From NCBI GenBank assembly GCA_051362555.1, contig CM120649.1, positions 18,738,567 to 18,802,566 on the forward strand: a stretch of DNA of 64,000 nucleotides, in the 5' to 3' direction. The notes under the pieces are model-generated. The model made no database searches and was not told where the DNA came from. It worked only from the letters and a program-made list of their open reading frames with translations. Each line of letters begins with the position of its first letter. Within the stretch, counting starts at the first letter, position 1. The position numbers and the translations under genes are program-made. Below are positions 39,816 to 52,139 of the stretch, in pieces. The DNA is from Lingula anatina. Lineage: Eukaryota > Animalia > Brachiopoda.

Positions 39816-42668
39816 AGAGACCTCTCCAGGTGTATTATCGAGTGACACCCCTAGGCAGTAAATCTGATACAGCGCCGGCAATGCTTTTCAACGAACAATA
39901 CCCCACGCAATGTGCCCGAAAGTTTTACGTGTCCTTTGTGCTTGTCCTTAGACATTATTACCTGGCCTAATACGCTAAGAAACTTGGATACAATGAATGC
40001 TTAGAAAATCTACGTGCCTCAATTGTTGGTTCAAATGGAGATTATTTTGGGATAAATCTACACGCAATTAATTATATGCTTATTTTAATCGTTCGAGTGT
40101 GTAAACAAACACTGATAACGTGACCAATGAGCATGCGTGGTTTTAATTACATTGCAATATGCAAGAAAATGGACCTGTTGCCAGCATATATAATCCGTAT
40201 TAGTTGCGTCAGATCTTTTTTGCTCTAGCGGGCTAAAGAAGTTGAACAAAGTGCAAAGACATATCGCGTCATCAATCATTGGGGCCTCAAATAAAATAGT
40301 TTAGCACCCTTGACACAAACGTCTTTTTATTTCACATGTTCAACTTATGAAATTTCACGACCTTTTTTTATCTTACAGGTGAAACTATTTAGTATCATAC
40401 ACTGTACCAAATGTTTTTTTTTTGTTATGGGTGTTTTGTCTCCTATGCTGGGGGATTATTATGCACGCCGTAGCCTATGAATTTTGAACTCGGTATGTTG
40501 AGCCATCATGGGCGGAAAAGAGGTGCTACCTTTACAATAGCTACGGTTACAGCAAGGTTGTCTGTATATAATATAGAAGACTGCTACTACTAGTACCAGT
40601 TTTTCTTTTTATTCCATTAGTTAAGCTTTTAATTAGATTAATCAATTATAATTATTTTAAAACTATTTTTCTATAAAATTTAATTCAGTTTCTGTATCTT
40701 TGGTTTACCGAAAATTATACTTGTATTTAAACTTCTGAATATGCTCATGGTAGAGGGTAACCAAACCAAACCTTTTTTGGCTATATAATAGGTTACTTTT
40801 GTGTGTTTTTGGGTAATAAAACATTGTCATATTTACAAGTATAAATGGAAAATTAATGTGATCTTTTGACAAAATAATATAATCAATCAAAATGTGCTCC
40901 TTAAAAGTTTGCATTGCTGTTGGTAAACTTGTTTTTCTACGTGTACAGATTGCTTTTAGGGACAGTAGGCGTGATACTATCCTTATTGCTAAATTTCTTG
41001 TGCAGGAAAGACCCCATCACGGGAGGGGGGGGGGTAATTCACCTTCATCATAATAACAAAGTAGATATCTGAACCGTCACCGGTTTCTTAATCAACCATT
41101 CAGGAATGCCATCTCGATGGGATAAGTGCCAAAAAGTCAAGTGCGTTTTTCTAATAATTACAACAAAGGCTCTTAACAACTACTTGGCACCTTGGGATTG
41201 CTCCGTATTAAAATGTCACCTTCAGTCATTGCCCCATTTCGGTTGAGTTGGCAGCATCAATATCGGTTACTATTGCTGGAGTAACACCGGCACAGTGCAA
41301 CAATACACGTGCTTGGATACTGTTGCAATATAGTTACAAATAAGAGAGAGGGGGAGAGAGGAGGGTGGGGTAAGAAAGAGAGAGAAGTTGAAGCATTTTT
41401 ATTTACAGTAACGTCTTAAAACATCCTTCGTTTATTTTTTTGACTAAGAAAATTTGAAAAACTGAGAATTATAAGGTTCTACATGTGCCCAGTTTTGCTG
41501 TTTTAAGATATTGGGAGTTACTTTTTATATTGCTTCCTCTAGGGGGACTTTAAAAAATTCGATTTGGTAATACAGTGTTCCAACAAAGCTGCTGTCAAAC
41601 CCATGCAAACTGTACTACAGAGAGAGATAGAATAATACCAATTGAATATCTCCGAAAGCCAAACACGGAGATTGAACGTAATAGTTCTCTTCTCTTGTCA
41701 ACTATGTGGTTCTAGCCAAGAATGAATATTTATTTTAAATTACGCCTATGCAATTTATGTGATACATGAAAATTGTTTATTCTAAGCCGGCTTCTTAAGA
41801 AAAAATTGAAAGTGATTTTATGATTGATTGTACTATTGTCACCTTTCCAATCGCCGAAAAAGAGCAAAATAATCACTTCAAACCCGATTTTAGGCGACAG
41901 ATCCAACTTAAGTGCAAAAAGAACATGGGAATAATTAAATTTTCAATACTGGAGGAAATAAATGAAAAAAAAAAAAATTAAAAAATGAAAACTAAAAATA
42001 AATAAATAAATAAATAAATAAGAAATCCAGGTACAGCCCGACATCTCAGTAGGTACACTGTAATACTACTACAATAATAAATATTATAAATAAATAAATA
42101 AATAAATACAATAATAATAATAAAATAGAAGTCCCACAGATACCCAGACACTGCCCACCTTCTAATCTCCCACACATCGTTACATTGTAACAGTTTGCTG
42201 ACTGGCGACATTTACATAACACACGTGTCTGCCTTGTGGTCACACGGTTACTGCCATAGACTGTCAACGGTGAAATGACCAAGTGCACTCTTGTTTTCAA
42301 AGGGTGGATATACAATGAAAATGCATGATAACTGTGAAATAACCACTGTGGTCACGTCACTCAGTTGTCAGAGTCTAAATTACGGTTGTCACTTTATGAG
42401 CTATATTATTAGGGTGGCAAAAACTATAGAAGTCAAAATGAATGAGACAATAAAGGTTGGACTTACATTTGCTTTGGGGCAACGTGGGTAATGAAAGCGA
42501 AGACAAGTAAGAGACATCTCTACTTTTGATATTCCAAAAGTAATTTTTTCGAGCATGACATCGGCGCTTATATTAGTGATCTTCCCGTTGTTTACACTGC
42601 AACATTTGGACCCGTCTACCCTTGTGTGCGGAAGTTCCAGCTTGCTCCTGTTCACGGGTAAACCAACG

Positions 42669-44108
42669 ATGACCAGCTTTAAGCCGTTTCTCCTCCTGTT
42701 GGCTTTGAGCACTTGCCTGCTGTCAGCGGACGCATTACGCAAAGTACCGAAGCTCGCGAAGCCGTCTCGAGAGTTGGAAAATCTGTATGAAGATGTCCTA
42801 AGAAGAGAACTTCAAGACGTTCTCAATGAGAAACTTTTTGAACTAAGAGGGGTAAGTCACGTGGTTTACAGCGTGTATCACTCAGTTTTATTGTCTTTTA
42901 AATCAATGTCGATAAGGATATTTGTTATATTTGTTTGTTAGTTTCTGTAGTTCGGTGTTGTCTGGTGTTGATTTGTAGTTTTTATTTGTCCCGTTGGATC
43001 TCTTGCGTCTACTGCGTCGTTTTGAGGAAGGTCGCTATCAACGGGATCAAAACGGGATAATTGACAATTGGCTCGTACATGTATTTAAACTAACTAAATG
43101 TATGAGATAACCTAAGTTTTTTTTATGGGGGGGGGGGGGGGGGGGGATCTCGTGACACAATAATTTGCGAGGTAGTGCAGTAAGCCGAAGTTGTGATAGT
43201 CATCTCAGCAAAGTAAATATCGGTGACGGTGATGAGTGTAACATGAAATTTTTCAACACTCGAAATACTTGAAAATATTTTAGTACATATGACAGCGCGT
43301 ATGTAGCACTTCTTTGGCATTCCGTTTTCCTGAATGTATGCCTGTGGTGTTTTTTTTTTTACCTAGATTAAATTTTCTATTTTTGTTTTGTTTTTTAAAT
43401 CAACAAGTGTAACACGTGGTTAAATAAACTAAATAAATATTTATTTGATAAATACAGGACATTTTAAAATGTTCATTATCGTTATTTCATGTCAGAAATC
43501 ATCTGACAGAACACACCAAACAACAGTTGTTTTCAGTCAATTTGTAAACCCGCTTTTTTTAATCAAATTAATTCAAATTTTTATCATACCAGTCCCAATC
43601 AGGGGTATGGGCTACGAAACTACGCCGATTCGCCCGCCTCTTCGACAGTGACGGCGACGGCATACTGACCAAAGCCGAGGCGGTTGGACAGCTAGTGCAG
43701 GAAGTACAGAGCGCCCTTGACTCGGAAACCGCTGACGAAATTACAGACACTATAGCCGAGGCATGGAGCTCAGTATTCGTCATCCCTGACAGTGGCATTG
43801 ACATCGATTCTGCTGCTATTCTGGCCATAGGCAACGCGGTATGTAACAATGACGACAGGAAGAGAAAACTAAGAATTTGGGCCCGAAGTGTCTTCTCAGA
43901 GAGCGACTCCGACCTGAGCTGCAAGCTGAGTAGAGCCGAGCATGGGTTAACATTTGGTATGAACCACGTGACCCAGAGCGCTCTCGCGGCCTCCTTCGAT
44001 GCGGCTGATGCCGACGGCAGTGGCGAGATTACAAAGGCTGAATTTCTCGGTGCAATGATTGGTTATTTCTGTAATAAATCTGAGGATTCTGCATTGTTCG
44101 GACCGTAG
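42669..44108 (+). CDS. Secreted SCP/aequorin-fold EF-hand protein, copy 1 (232-aa prepro-protein)
   Basis: Exon 1 42669-42851 (signal MTSFKPFLLLLALSTCLLSADA plus propeptide, phase-0 gtaagt); exon 2 43593-44108 (SQSGVWATKLRRFARLF-DSDGDGILTKAE ... DSDLSCKLSRAE ... DADGSGEITKAE ... YFCNKSEDSALFGP). AATAAA at 44350. Confidence 0.88.
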
Positions 44109-44967
44109 ATTAAAACTCAGGCCTCACCTGTATCTTCAACATGAGAGATTTTAAAGAGAAAAATTCATCCAGAACTTCTCCGCAACATACCTTTCGATCC
44201 AATTCAACCGATAGTACACGTTAGACTGTATAGACTGTTTTTACAAAGGAAAAAAAAGACTACTTTCTAAATATAGTTGGTACAAGAAAATTTAATGGGA
44301 AATGTGGCGTGTTACAACAAATCACCTACAGGCTGAGAAAAGTTATCTCAATAAAACTTCTCTAAAAATCTTTCCTGTTTTATGTGTACGTTAATTCAGC
44401 CCAGTCAATACACATAAAGTCAAATCTTTGACAATGAACCCGACCAAAAGCGACCATGTAGTTTGAAATAAGAAAGGGCGTTGTTTCATGTTTCCCGAAA
44501 ATATACATTTTATCAGATATTTTCTGCTTTCTTTCTGCACTATATACATGTACATGTATAACCCTCCGCCGTTTTTTGCCCCGAGTCTCACTTAAATGAT
44601 AAAAGCTAACTAGTGAGCACGCAGCACTAATAAACGATACATTACTACGTCCCTTGGCGAACTTTCGCGGACTTGATGGGCCCAATAAAGGTGCAGTTTT
44701 AAAGCTATTTTATTTTTTGGCTGAAGGAGGAATTGATTTGGGGTATCCTTTGGCATGCATTCTGTATCTCCTCTGCATCAGACGGTAGTATATGTATAAG
44801 CTATCAAAGTAGAATGAAGCCACCTTGCAATGAAATCCATAAACGCTTGGATGATCTCGTTTTAAATGTTTTAAAATCAAAACGTCTCACCACGCTTAGC
44901 TGCCATCTTTATATCTAGGTGAGCAGCAAGTAGGTGTTGGTTCTTTTTCCAGAAGACCGTCAGGTAC

Positions 44968-45135
44968 CAGGGGCAGATCCAGAGATATTTTCTGACAGTC
45001 TTCCAAATTATCTTTGTTGATCCATCTTCCATTTTTGACCGTCTTCCAAAAGAAAACATTAGATTACTGACAATGTAAACTTGAAAATCTGACCGTCTTT
45101 CAGAAGACCTAGAAGACGGCCTAAATCCGCCCCTG
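44968..45135. mobile_element. 168-bp TIR element (CAGGGGC.GAT termini) flanked by GGTAC direct repeats
   Basis: GGTAC-[CAGGGGCAGATCCAG ... CTAAATCCGCCCCTG]-GGTAC; a second, truncated copy at 54491-54637. Confidence 0.65.
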
Positions 45136-45820
45136 GGTACGATGTTTATGCAAACGCGTAGGGTTGGGTTCTATTGTTAGTATAAACCAAACTCCGTATG
45201 GACGACAATGATATTGCCATGGTTACCGGGCCATTGGTAAACATACCCGTGCCATTGGATGAGCTTACGTTAACTGTGACCTATATGCGTTAAAAATGCA
45301 AATTTGGATATTGAGAGAAATCTAATAGATTTTACATTTGGTCTTCTGAAAATGCTCCATAATCTCGTTTTATATCTTTCAAATGTGCATACCTTTCCCT
45401 ATTCAGATCGTTAACCCCTCCCCATCAAAATGATTAATAGATGGACAAGTTGTCGATCTTCCCTAATGCACAATGTCTGACCAGTCAAATAAAACAAATT
45501 ATATATTTCAGTTGAAATGAGCTATTATTGTGGGGGCACATGTAGGAGAAAACTTTTTGTGTGCAAATTTGAATTTTTTCCCTAAGATACCGGATAGTAC
45601 TCGCATTTTCTTATGATTGAATATATGAATGAATCAAAATATATTTATGATTAAGCGATCTTAAAATTCGATTATAGATAGTAAATTGCAATTCATTAAA
45701 TAAATAAATAAATAAATAAATAAAAAGCACACCTACATCGAAGAGTTTGCCTGTTGCGACACCTGTTGACGTAGTAGCTGTTATAGGGGAATATCGCCTG
45801 GAGAAGGGAGTACACTGCAG

Positions 45821-45900
45821 ATGTCGTTACCCTTCAGGCTTTCCTTGGTGCTGGGAACCGTTCTTGCCGTTCACAGAGGTTCGAGAGATGTTGGCGAAGA
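45821..45900 (+). pseudogene. Possible highly decayed signal-peptide exon of the EF-hand family
   Basis: Reads MSLPFRLSLVLGT, then with a +1 shift FLPFTEVRE; compare copy 3 ..PFLLLLALGTCLFFTEA..RE. Short and divergent. Confidence 0.35.
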
Positions 45901-46744
45901 AATAACTATTTGCAGTAAATTATGACATATATTAATGACAATTAATGATAATTAATGACAATTACACAAACATAGACACAGACAGAGAAATGTAATGAAA
46001 TAAAATTAAAAATGAATAAATAAAGGTTTAGAAACATTTTTTGCAAGTAAAAGGTGATCATTTGTTAATAAAAGCACATTGGGATGGGACAACCTTTTTG
46101 AACAATGAAGATGACCTTTTTGGAAATGAAGTTCTCAAGCTTGTTATCGATCTGTTTTGGCACATTTCAACTCGTGACGTAGATTCAACTGCTTCTGGAA
46201 CTATTGCAGTGTATATAGAAGGTTGAATGCGGTTGTGTCCGCACGCACTCATCCGCTGAAACATTGGTACATTGTAACAGTTCGCTGACTGGCGACATTT
46301 ATGTAACACACGTGTCAGCTTTGTGGTCTCACAAAGATTACTATATAGACTTTCAAAGGTGAAAAAGTGCACTCGCGTTTTTAAAGGGTGAAAGTACAAT
46401 GAAAATGCATGATAACTGTGAAATAATAACTGTGGTCACGTCACTCAGTTGTCAGAATTACGCTCGGCACTTTATCAGGGTATATTATTAAGGTTGCGAA
46501 AACTACTAGTATACAAAAAGAGTTAGATAATAAAAGTTAGTAATTGTTCTAAGGCATCGGAGGCAACAAAAACGATGACAAACAAGAGACGTCCCTAATT
46601 GTGCTTCCTCAAAGTATGACATCAGTGTTTATGTAAGAAAACTTCCATCCTTCACGTCTACCCTTGTACGCGGGCGTTTCGGCTTGATCCTGTTCACCAC
46701 TTAACGTTAAAATCCACCACATACCAGTACACCAAACCCAAACG

Positions 46745-48392
46745 ATGGCCAGCTTTAAGCCGTTTCTCCTCCTGTTGGCTTTGAGCACTTGCTTGTTGTT
46801 AGCGGACGCATTACGCAAAAGACCCACGCTTGCGCAGCCGTCTCGAGAGTTGGAAACTCTGTATGAAGATGTCCTAAGCAGAGAATTTCAAGACGTTCTC
46901 AACGAGAAGCTATTGGAACTAAGAGCGGTAAGTCACATGGTTCGTAGCGTTTATCCCTCAACCTTATTTCCAACTGATTCTATGTGGTCAAGGATTTTTG
47001 TTTTTCAGTTTCTGGAGTTTGATGTTGCCTCGTCTTTATTAGTCACTTCTGGTTGCCTCTACTGCGTCGTTTTGAAGGCTTAGGTCGCGATCAACAGGAT
47101 CATAAAGATCATTATTAAGGGATCATTTTTAAGACCTATCTTACACTCCTTGCCTCCCATTGTACTCAGCACTCTATACATTCCGACCAATCAGAGAGCG
47201 GCAAACGGGCACCACCCTTAAGTGTTGCGTCTCCAGCTTATGTAGCTTCTTGGTCAAGCCTGGCATCAAGTTCCTTGCCATTATGGACGTGGTTCCCTCC
47301 GAGTTGTTCACAGCTTAAATGCATGCATTAAATTTAAATCAATTAGATAGTTGTTGAAATTTTTCAACTCGGAGTTTAAGACGTGATAAATAATTATAAG
47401 GCTTAGTACTTTTTGGTGGTAGTGCAGTTAGCCCAAGTTGTTACGGACATACATGTACTAAGTATCGGTGATAATAGCAAAATGAAAATTTTTAACACTC
47501 TAAATTCATGACAATATATCACTTTATTGACTACTTGGATGATGTACTTCTTGGACATTTCGTTTTCCTGGATGTACATATACTCCTGTGGTGTTTTTCA
47601 AAGAATGAGGCTGAAGAAAATGAAATAAATTGTCATTGACAAAAAATCGCTAGACCATAATGAAATGTTCCTTACGGCTATCCTATTTCAGAAATTATCT
47701 GACAAACACGTTATTTTTTTTTTTTTAATTTTTTTGCTAGTTGTTGCTTTCAGCCACTTTTTAAACTTGTTTATTTATCATATAAATTTTAATTTATATG
47801 AATTAAAATTTAAATTTTATTATAATTAAAATATCATATAAATTTCGATTTATATGAATTAAAATTTTCTATCATACCACGCTCCACCAGCGGTATGGGT
47901 TAGAAAACTGCGTCGATTCGGCCGCCTTTTCGACCTTGACGGGGACGGCGTTGTGACCAAAGACGAAGTCGTTCAAAGACCGTAGAGGAAGCGGGAGACG
48001 CCCTTGACGGGGTAATGGCCGCAGAAGTCGCCGACGTTGTGGCCGAGGCATGGAGCACAGTGTTCGCTATGCCGGACGACGGAATTGACGTCAATTCTGA
48101 TGAAGTGTTGGGGGCAGGACATTGCAGCAGTGATCTCAGAAAGAGGAAGCTGAGAATGTGGGCACGAAGCGTGTTCCAAGTGGTCGATACGAACCACGAC
48201 TGCAAGCTCAGTGCAGCGGAACATGAGTTCATGTTTAAGATTTTCTTTCATGTTCCCCAGGCCGCTATTGCAGCATCCTTCCATGAAGCTGACTTCAACA
48301 ACAATGGCGAACTCGAAAAGATCGAATTTGTCAATGCAATTGTAGGGTATTTCTGTAATAAATCACAGGATTCTGCATTGTTTGGTCTGTAG
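46745..48392 (+). pseudogene. Secreted SCP/aequorin-fold EF-hand gene, copy 2, apparently pseudogenised
   Basis: Exon 1 46745-46927 is intact. The paralogous acceptor tcataccAG reads tcataccAC (47879-47880). A 1-nt deletion near 47974-47976 (GTT CA AAG vs GTT GGA AAG in copy 3) gives a TAG at 47983-47985. The next AG (47889-47890) leads to a TGA at 47954-47956. The downstream frame to 48392 is otherwise intact. Confidence 0.8.
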
Positions 48393-48820
48393 GTAAAAAA
48401 AAATAAAAAATAATAAATAAAATCAGGCCTGACCTTTCTCTTGGACATGAGAGATTTTAAAGAAAATATATATCCATTTAGCTTCCACAACATGATATTT
48501 TAAAGTGTGATCTTACCGTATATGCACAGTAAGACAAAATAGCCCAGCTATCACTGCGAGGACAAAAAGACTTTTTTCTAAGAAGTTCTTACAAGAACAT
48601 ATAGGCCTAATTCAAATTTTGCGTAGTACAACAAGTCGCCAACAGATTGAGAAAAACATCTTTAATAAAATTATTCTAAAATGTTTCTGTTCTATTTTCA
48701 TGTTAACACCGTCCAATAAAACAACAAGTCAAAGCCCTGTAGCCCTGATTTATTTTGTAATAGCAGCTGCGTCTCAGTTTTCATAGGAAGTTTGGAAATG
48801 ATAAAAAGCTTGGCTACCAT

Positions 48821-48933
48821 TACCCTCTACCAGGGCGACAAATTGATTTTCCACAGATGTTCACAGATATGTCTATAGATAAACAGACAGTCATTTTTGT
48901 CCACAATAATAACTGCGGCACTGGTAGAGGGTA
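48821..48933. mobile_element. 113-bp MITE with 13-bp TIR and a perfect 9-bp TSD (Mutator-like)
   Basis: GGCTACCAT-[TACCCTCTACCAG ... CTGGTAGAGGGTA]-GGCTACCAT. Confidence 0.85.
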
Positions 48934-49090
48934 GGCTACCATCACGGAACAAATGGTTTCGGCTTCAAGACTTCTTGGTTGCTTTCTTCATTACAGTCAC
49001 CTCGAAATATTTTTTAAAAGATGAGTTTTAAAAAGATGAGTTTGTATTCCTTGGTGACGAGGGGAAACTTGCTGAAACGTTTAGTTTGTT

Positions 49091-49119
49091 CAAGGAGTTA
49101 TAACAGATATAACTCCTTG
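49091..49119. mobile_element. 29-bp TIR-only micro-element with 7-bp TSD (P-element-like termini)
   Basis: GTTTGTT-[CAAGGAGTTATA acaga TATAACTCCTTG]-GTTTGTT; absent from the paralogous region near 46110-46130. Confidence 0.7.
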
Positions 49120-49206
49120 GTTTGTTCGGGAGATGAAGGTCCACTGCTTGTTATCTGCCTTGGGATATTTTATAACTCGTGACATTCGACTGCTTCTTCA
49201 AATATT

Positions 49207-49460
49207 AAAGGGCGCATTCTCAATAAATCTAACGTTCTACGTAGACGAATCCAACCCTGCCGGGACTCTCGCTGAATGCAGTCAGATTAACTGAATGACA
49301 CGCCTCCCTTGGGCAGCTAGGGGTTGATTAACTTTCGTGCGCTTTCGGTAGCACCCAAAAACGAAGTGCACATGCATGACAGTTGATCACCTCCTCAACG
49401 AGTCCCTGCAGAATTGTTTCGATTAACGTAGAACGATAGTTTTGTTGGGAATGCGCCTTT
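49207..49460. mobile_element. Harbinger-like MITE upstream of EF-hand copy 3
   Basis: TIRs AGGGCGCATTCTCAATAAATCTAACGTTCTACGT / ACGTAGAACGATAGTTTTGTTGGGAATGCGCCTT; missing from the paralogous upstream region of copy 2 (about 46190-46215). Confidence 0.7.
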
Positions 49461-50026
49461 AGTGTATGGATCACTACCCCTTACCTCGCATGACTCCTAT
49501 CCGCAGACACATTGTTCCACTGGAACACTCAGCAGCTGACTTAATGTATGTGTTACACGTGTGACACAACTGTGAAAACATGATGATTATCTTAGATTTT
49601 CAACAGTAAAATAACAGCAGGAGGGCACTCATGAATTTCAATTGTGAAAAAATAGTAATATATACCTATGAAAATAATAACTGGCTCCAACTGCACGACC
49701 CTCACATTTGTGGGTGGCAGTTCGTGCGTTAATTTTTAAGGATTGTCAAAAATATAGCACTAAAAATAAGTGGGACAATAGAAGTGGGACTTACATTTGC
49801 TTGGGGGCAACGTGGGTAATTACATCGAAGACAAGTAAGAGACATCTCTAATTTTCATCTTTCAAAAATATTTTTCTAGCATGACATCGATGGGTATTAA
49901 GTGATCTTCCATCTTTCACACCGCAACATTTGGTCTCGTCTACCCTTGTGTGCGGACGTTCCAGTTTGTTCCTTTCCACCACATAGCGGGTAAACCAAGC
50001 AGTTACCAGTAAACCGACCCAGAAAG

Positions 50027-51369
50027 ATGGCCAGCTTCAAGCCGTTTCTTCTCCTGTTGGCTTTGGGCACCTGCCTGTTCTTTACGGAGGCAAAACCGAG
50101 GCTGACTCGAGAGCTTGGCTCTCTGTATGACGATATCCTTACGAGAGAATTTAAAGATCTTCTCGATGAGAAGCTGTTTGGCCAACGAATGGTAAGTCAT
50201 AGGGTTAACAGCGTCCAATACTTCTATTCAGCGTTCAACAGTTCTATTGCCGACCAAATCAATATAGTTTCGTTAGTTAAATGTTGCCTTGTATACACCG
50301 TGTTTCTAAATACGTCCCCCTATAATTGGCTAAATCCTGGTGATTGAAGTCATCTGTTGTTTGATCTATTAGACCTTGGACGAATAAAACGTTATTTGTC
50401 CAATGTTAGAATTGGCGCATTAGTTGGTAGAGGAAAATGTTACAATTTAGTGTCCTTGACGAGCGTCGTATCGAGTCACTGAATTATTCCGGCTGACAGG
50501 TTTGGACTTGTGGTCGTGATTTTCTACAAATCACTTAGACGATTATTAAACATTCACGTGCTGGAAGACATCTTATAGATGTGAAAAATCCTTTTAGACT
50601 TTTGCTTTGATCTTTTGGTTTTTGGCAGTTGTTAAAAATCTAAAATTTGAAGAGATCGGTGACAAGTGCAATGGAAATACCATTCGGAATTCTTAACACC
50701 GCTAGTTACTCTGCTTTATAAAACTGCTCATTATGGGAATTTCAGTTCAGAAATGACCAGAGAATGGCAGGAAAACGAGTCATTATCTTTTCATTTCAGC
50801 CACTTTTTTTAGCCCGTTGTATTATCAATTTAATTCACATTTTGTCATACCAGGCGCCATCTGACGTATGGGCTATGAAACTACGTCGATTTGCCCGCCA
50901 CTTCGACCTTGACGGCAACGGCGTAGTGACCAAAGACGAAATCGTTGGAAAGACAGTAGAGGAAGCAAAGAATTCGCTAGACACAGAAACGGCTGCCGAA
51001 GTCGCCGACACTGTAGCTGAGGCATGGAAGGCCCTGTTCGGCATGCCTGAAAATGGCCTAACGATCAGTTCCGATGATATTGTGAAGACAGCCGACATGG
51101 TATGTGGCAATGAAGACAGGAAGAGGGAACTCAGAATATGGGCAAGAAACGTCTTTGAAGAGGCCGACACTAACCACAACGCCGAACTTAGTCGACCCGA
51201 GCACAGGCTCTCATTTGAGATGCTCCGTGTTCCCCCGGCTGGTCTCGAGGCATCCTTTGTCGCCGCGGATAGAAACAATAATGGCTCAGTCGAAAAGGTT
51301 GAACTTGTGGATGCAGTTGTAGATTATTTTTGTAATAAATCTCAGGATTCCCCATTGTTCGGGCAGTAG
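50027..51369 (+). CDS. Secreted SCP/aequorin-fold EF-hand protein, copy 3 (226-aa prepro-protein)
   Basis: Exon 1 50027-50191 (MASFKPFLLLLALGTCLFFTEA plus propeptide); exon 2 50854-51369 (APSDVWAMKLRRFARHF-DLDGNGVVTKDE ... DTNHNAELSRPE ... ASFVAA-DRNNNGSVEKVE ... DYFCNKSQDSPLFGQ). Resembles annelid SCP (SDLWVQKMKTYF...ASFDAIDTNNDG...FWGP). AATAAA at 51584. Confidence 0.9.
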
Positions 51370-52139
51370 GTCTATACTGCCTCTTCCATATCAGATATTT
51401 TACAGAGAAAAATCTATACAGTTCATGGCTATAGAACCAATTTAACTGATGGTATACGTAAGACTCAATAGCTTGCTTCAAGACGGTAGAAACAACTACT
51501 TTCTAATAGTTCTCAATGGAAGATTTAACGGAGATTTCAAGTAATACAACAAAATGGTTTTCTTCTGTGAAAAATTACCTTTAAATAAATCTTTCAAAAA
51601 TGTTTTTTTTTGTTATATGTATATGTTAATCACGTTCACCCACATAAAAAAGCTTAGGACGGTGTGTAGTAGTTGCCTTCAGTTTTCAAAATGTTAGAAT
51701 AATAAGATTAACTTTAATTGTACGACCGCAGGCCAGAAAATCGCCTATCTAAACTTGGCTTTTAAAATTGTGACTGTTTATATTATAAATACGTAAATGC
51801 ACCGAGCTCCCCTTTTACCCATTTTTCTATTTACTTGTTTTTTTATTCTCTCAAAATGTCTTTTCATAATGTTTATTAGTGGACTGCTGTCCAGTGCGCA
51901 AATATTCCAGTGCTGTCTTGTATGCTCTTGTCTATTGCGCAATTCTAAGAAGGTTACCTTTTAAACTGTGGCCTCGAGCTATTTTACTTATTTTTATATA
52001 TAAAATTAGTTTTTTTTTGAAACCAAACTATACAGACAGAAGTTTTGTGGAAGAAACAAACAAATAACATTCCACATTTTCTACGTTAACTACGATCATT
52101 GTCATCAAACTCTCTCTGTGACAGCCTAGCCATAGTGGA

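Noticed and set aside
46041-46226. 61-aa ORF upstream of copy 2 with a homologous segment upstream of copy 3
   Set aside because: No ATG start, and the paralogous segment is broken by two insertions and indels; best read as duplicated non-coding flank.
50764-50853. N-terminal extension MAGKRVIIFSF... of the 201-aa ORF
   Set aside because: Intron read-through upstream of the conserved acceptor at 50852-50853; not open in the paralogs.
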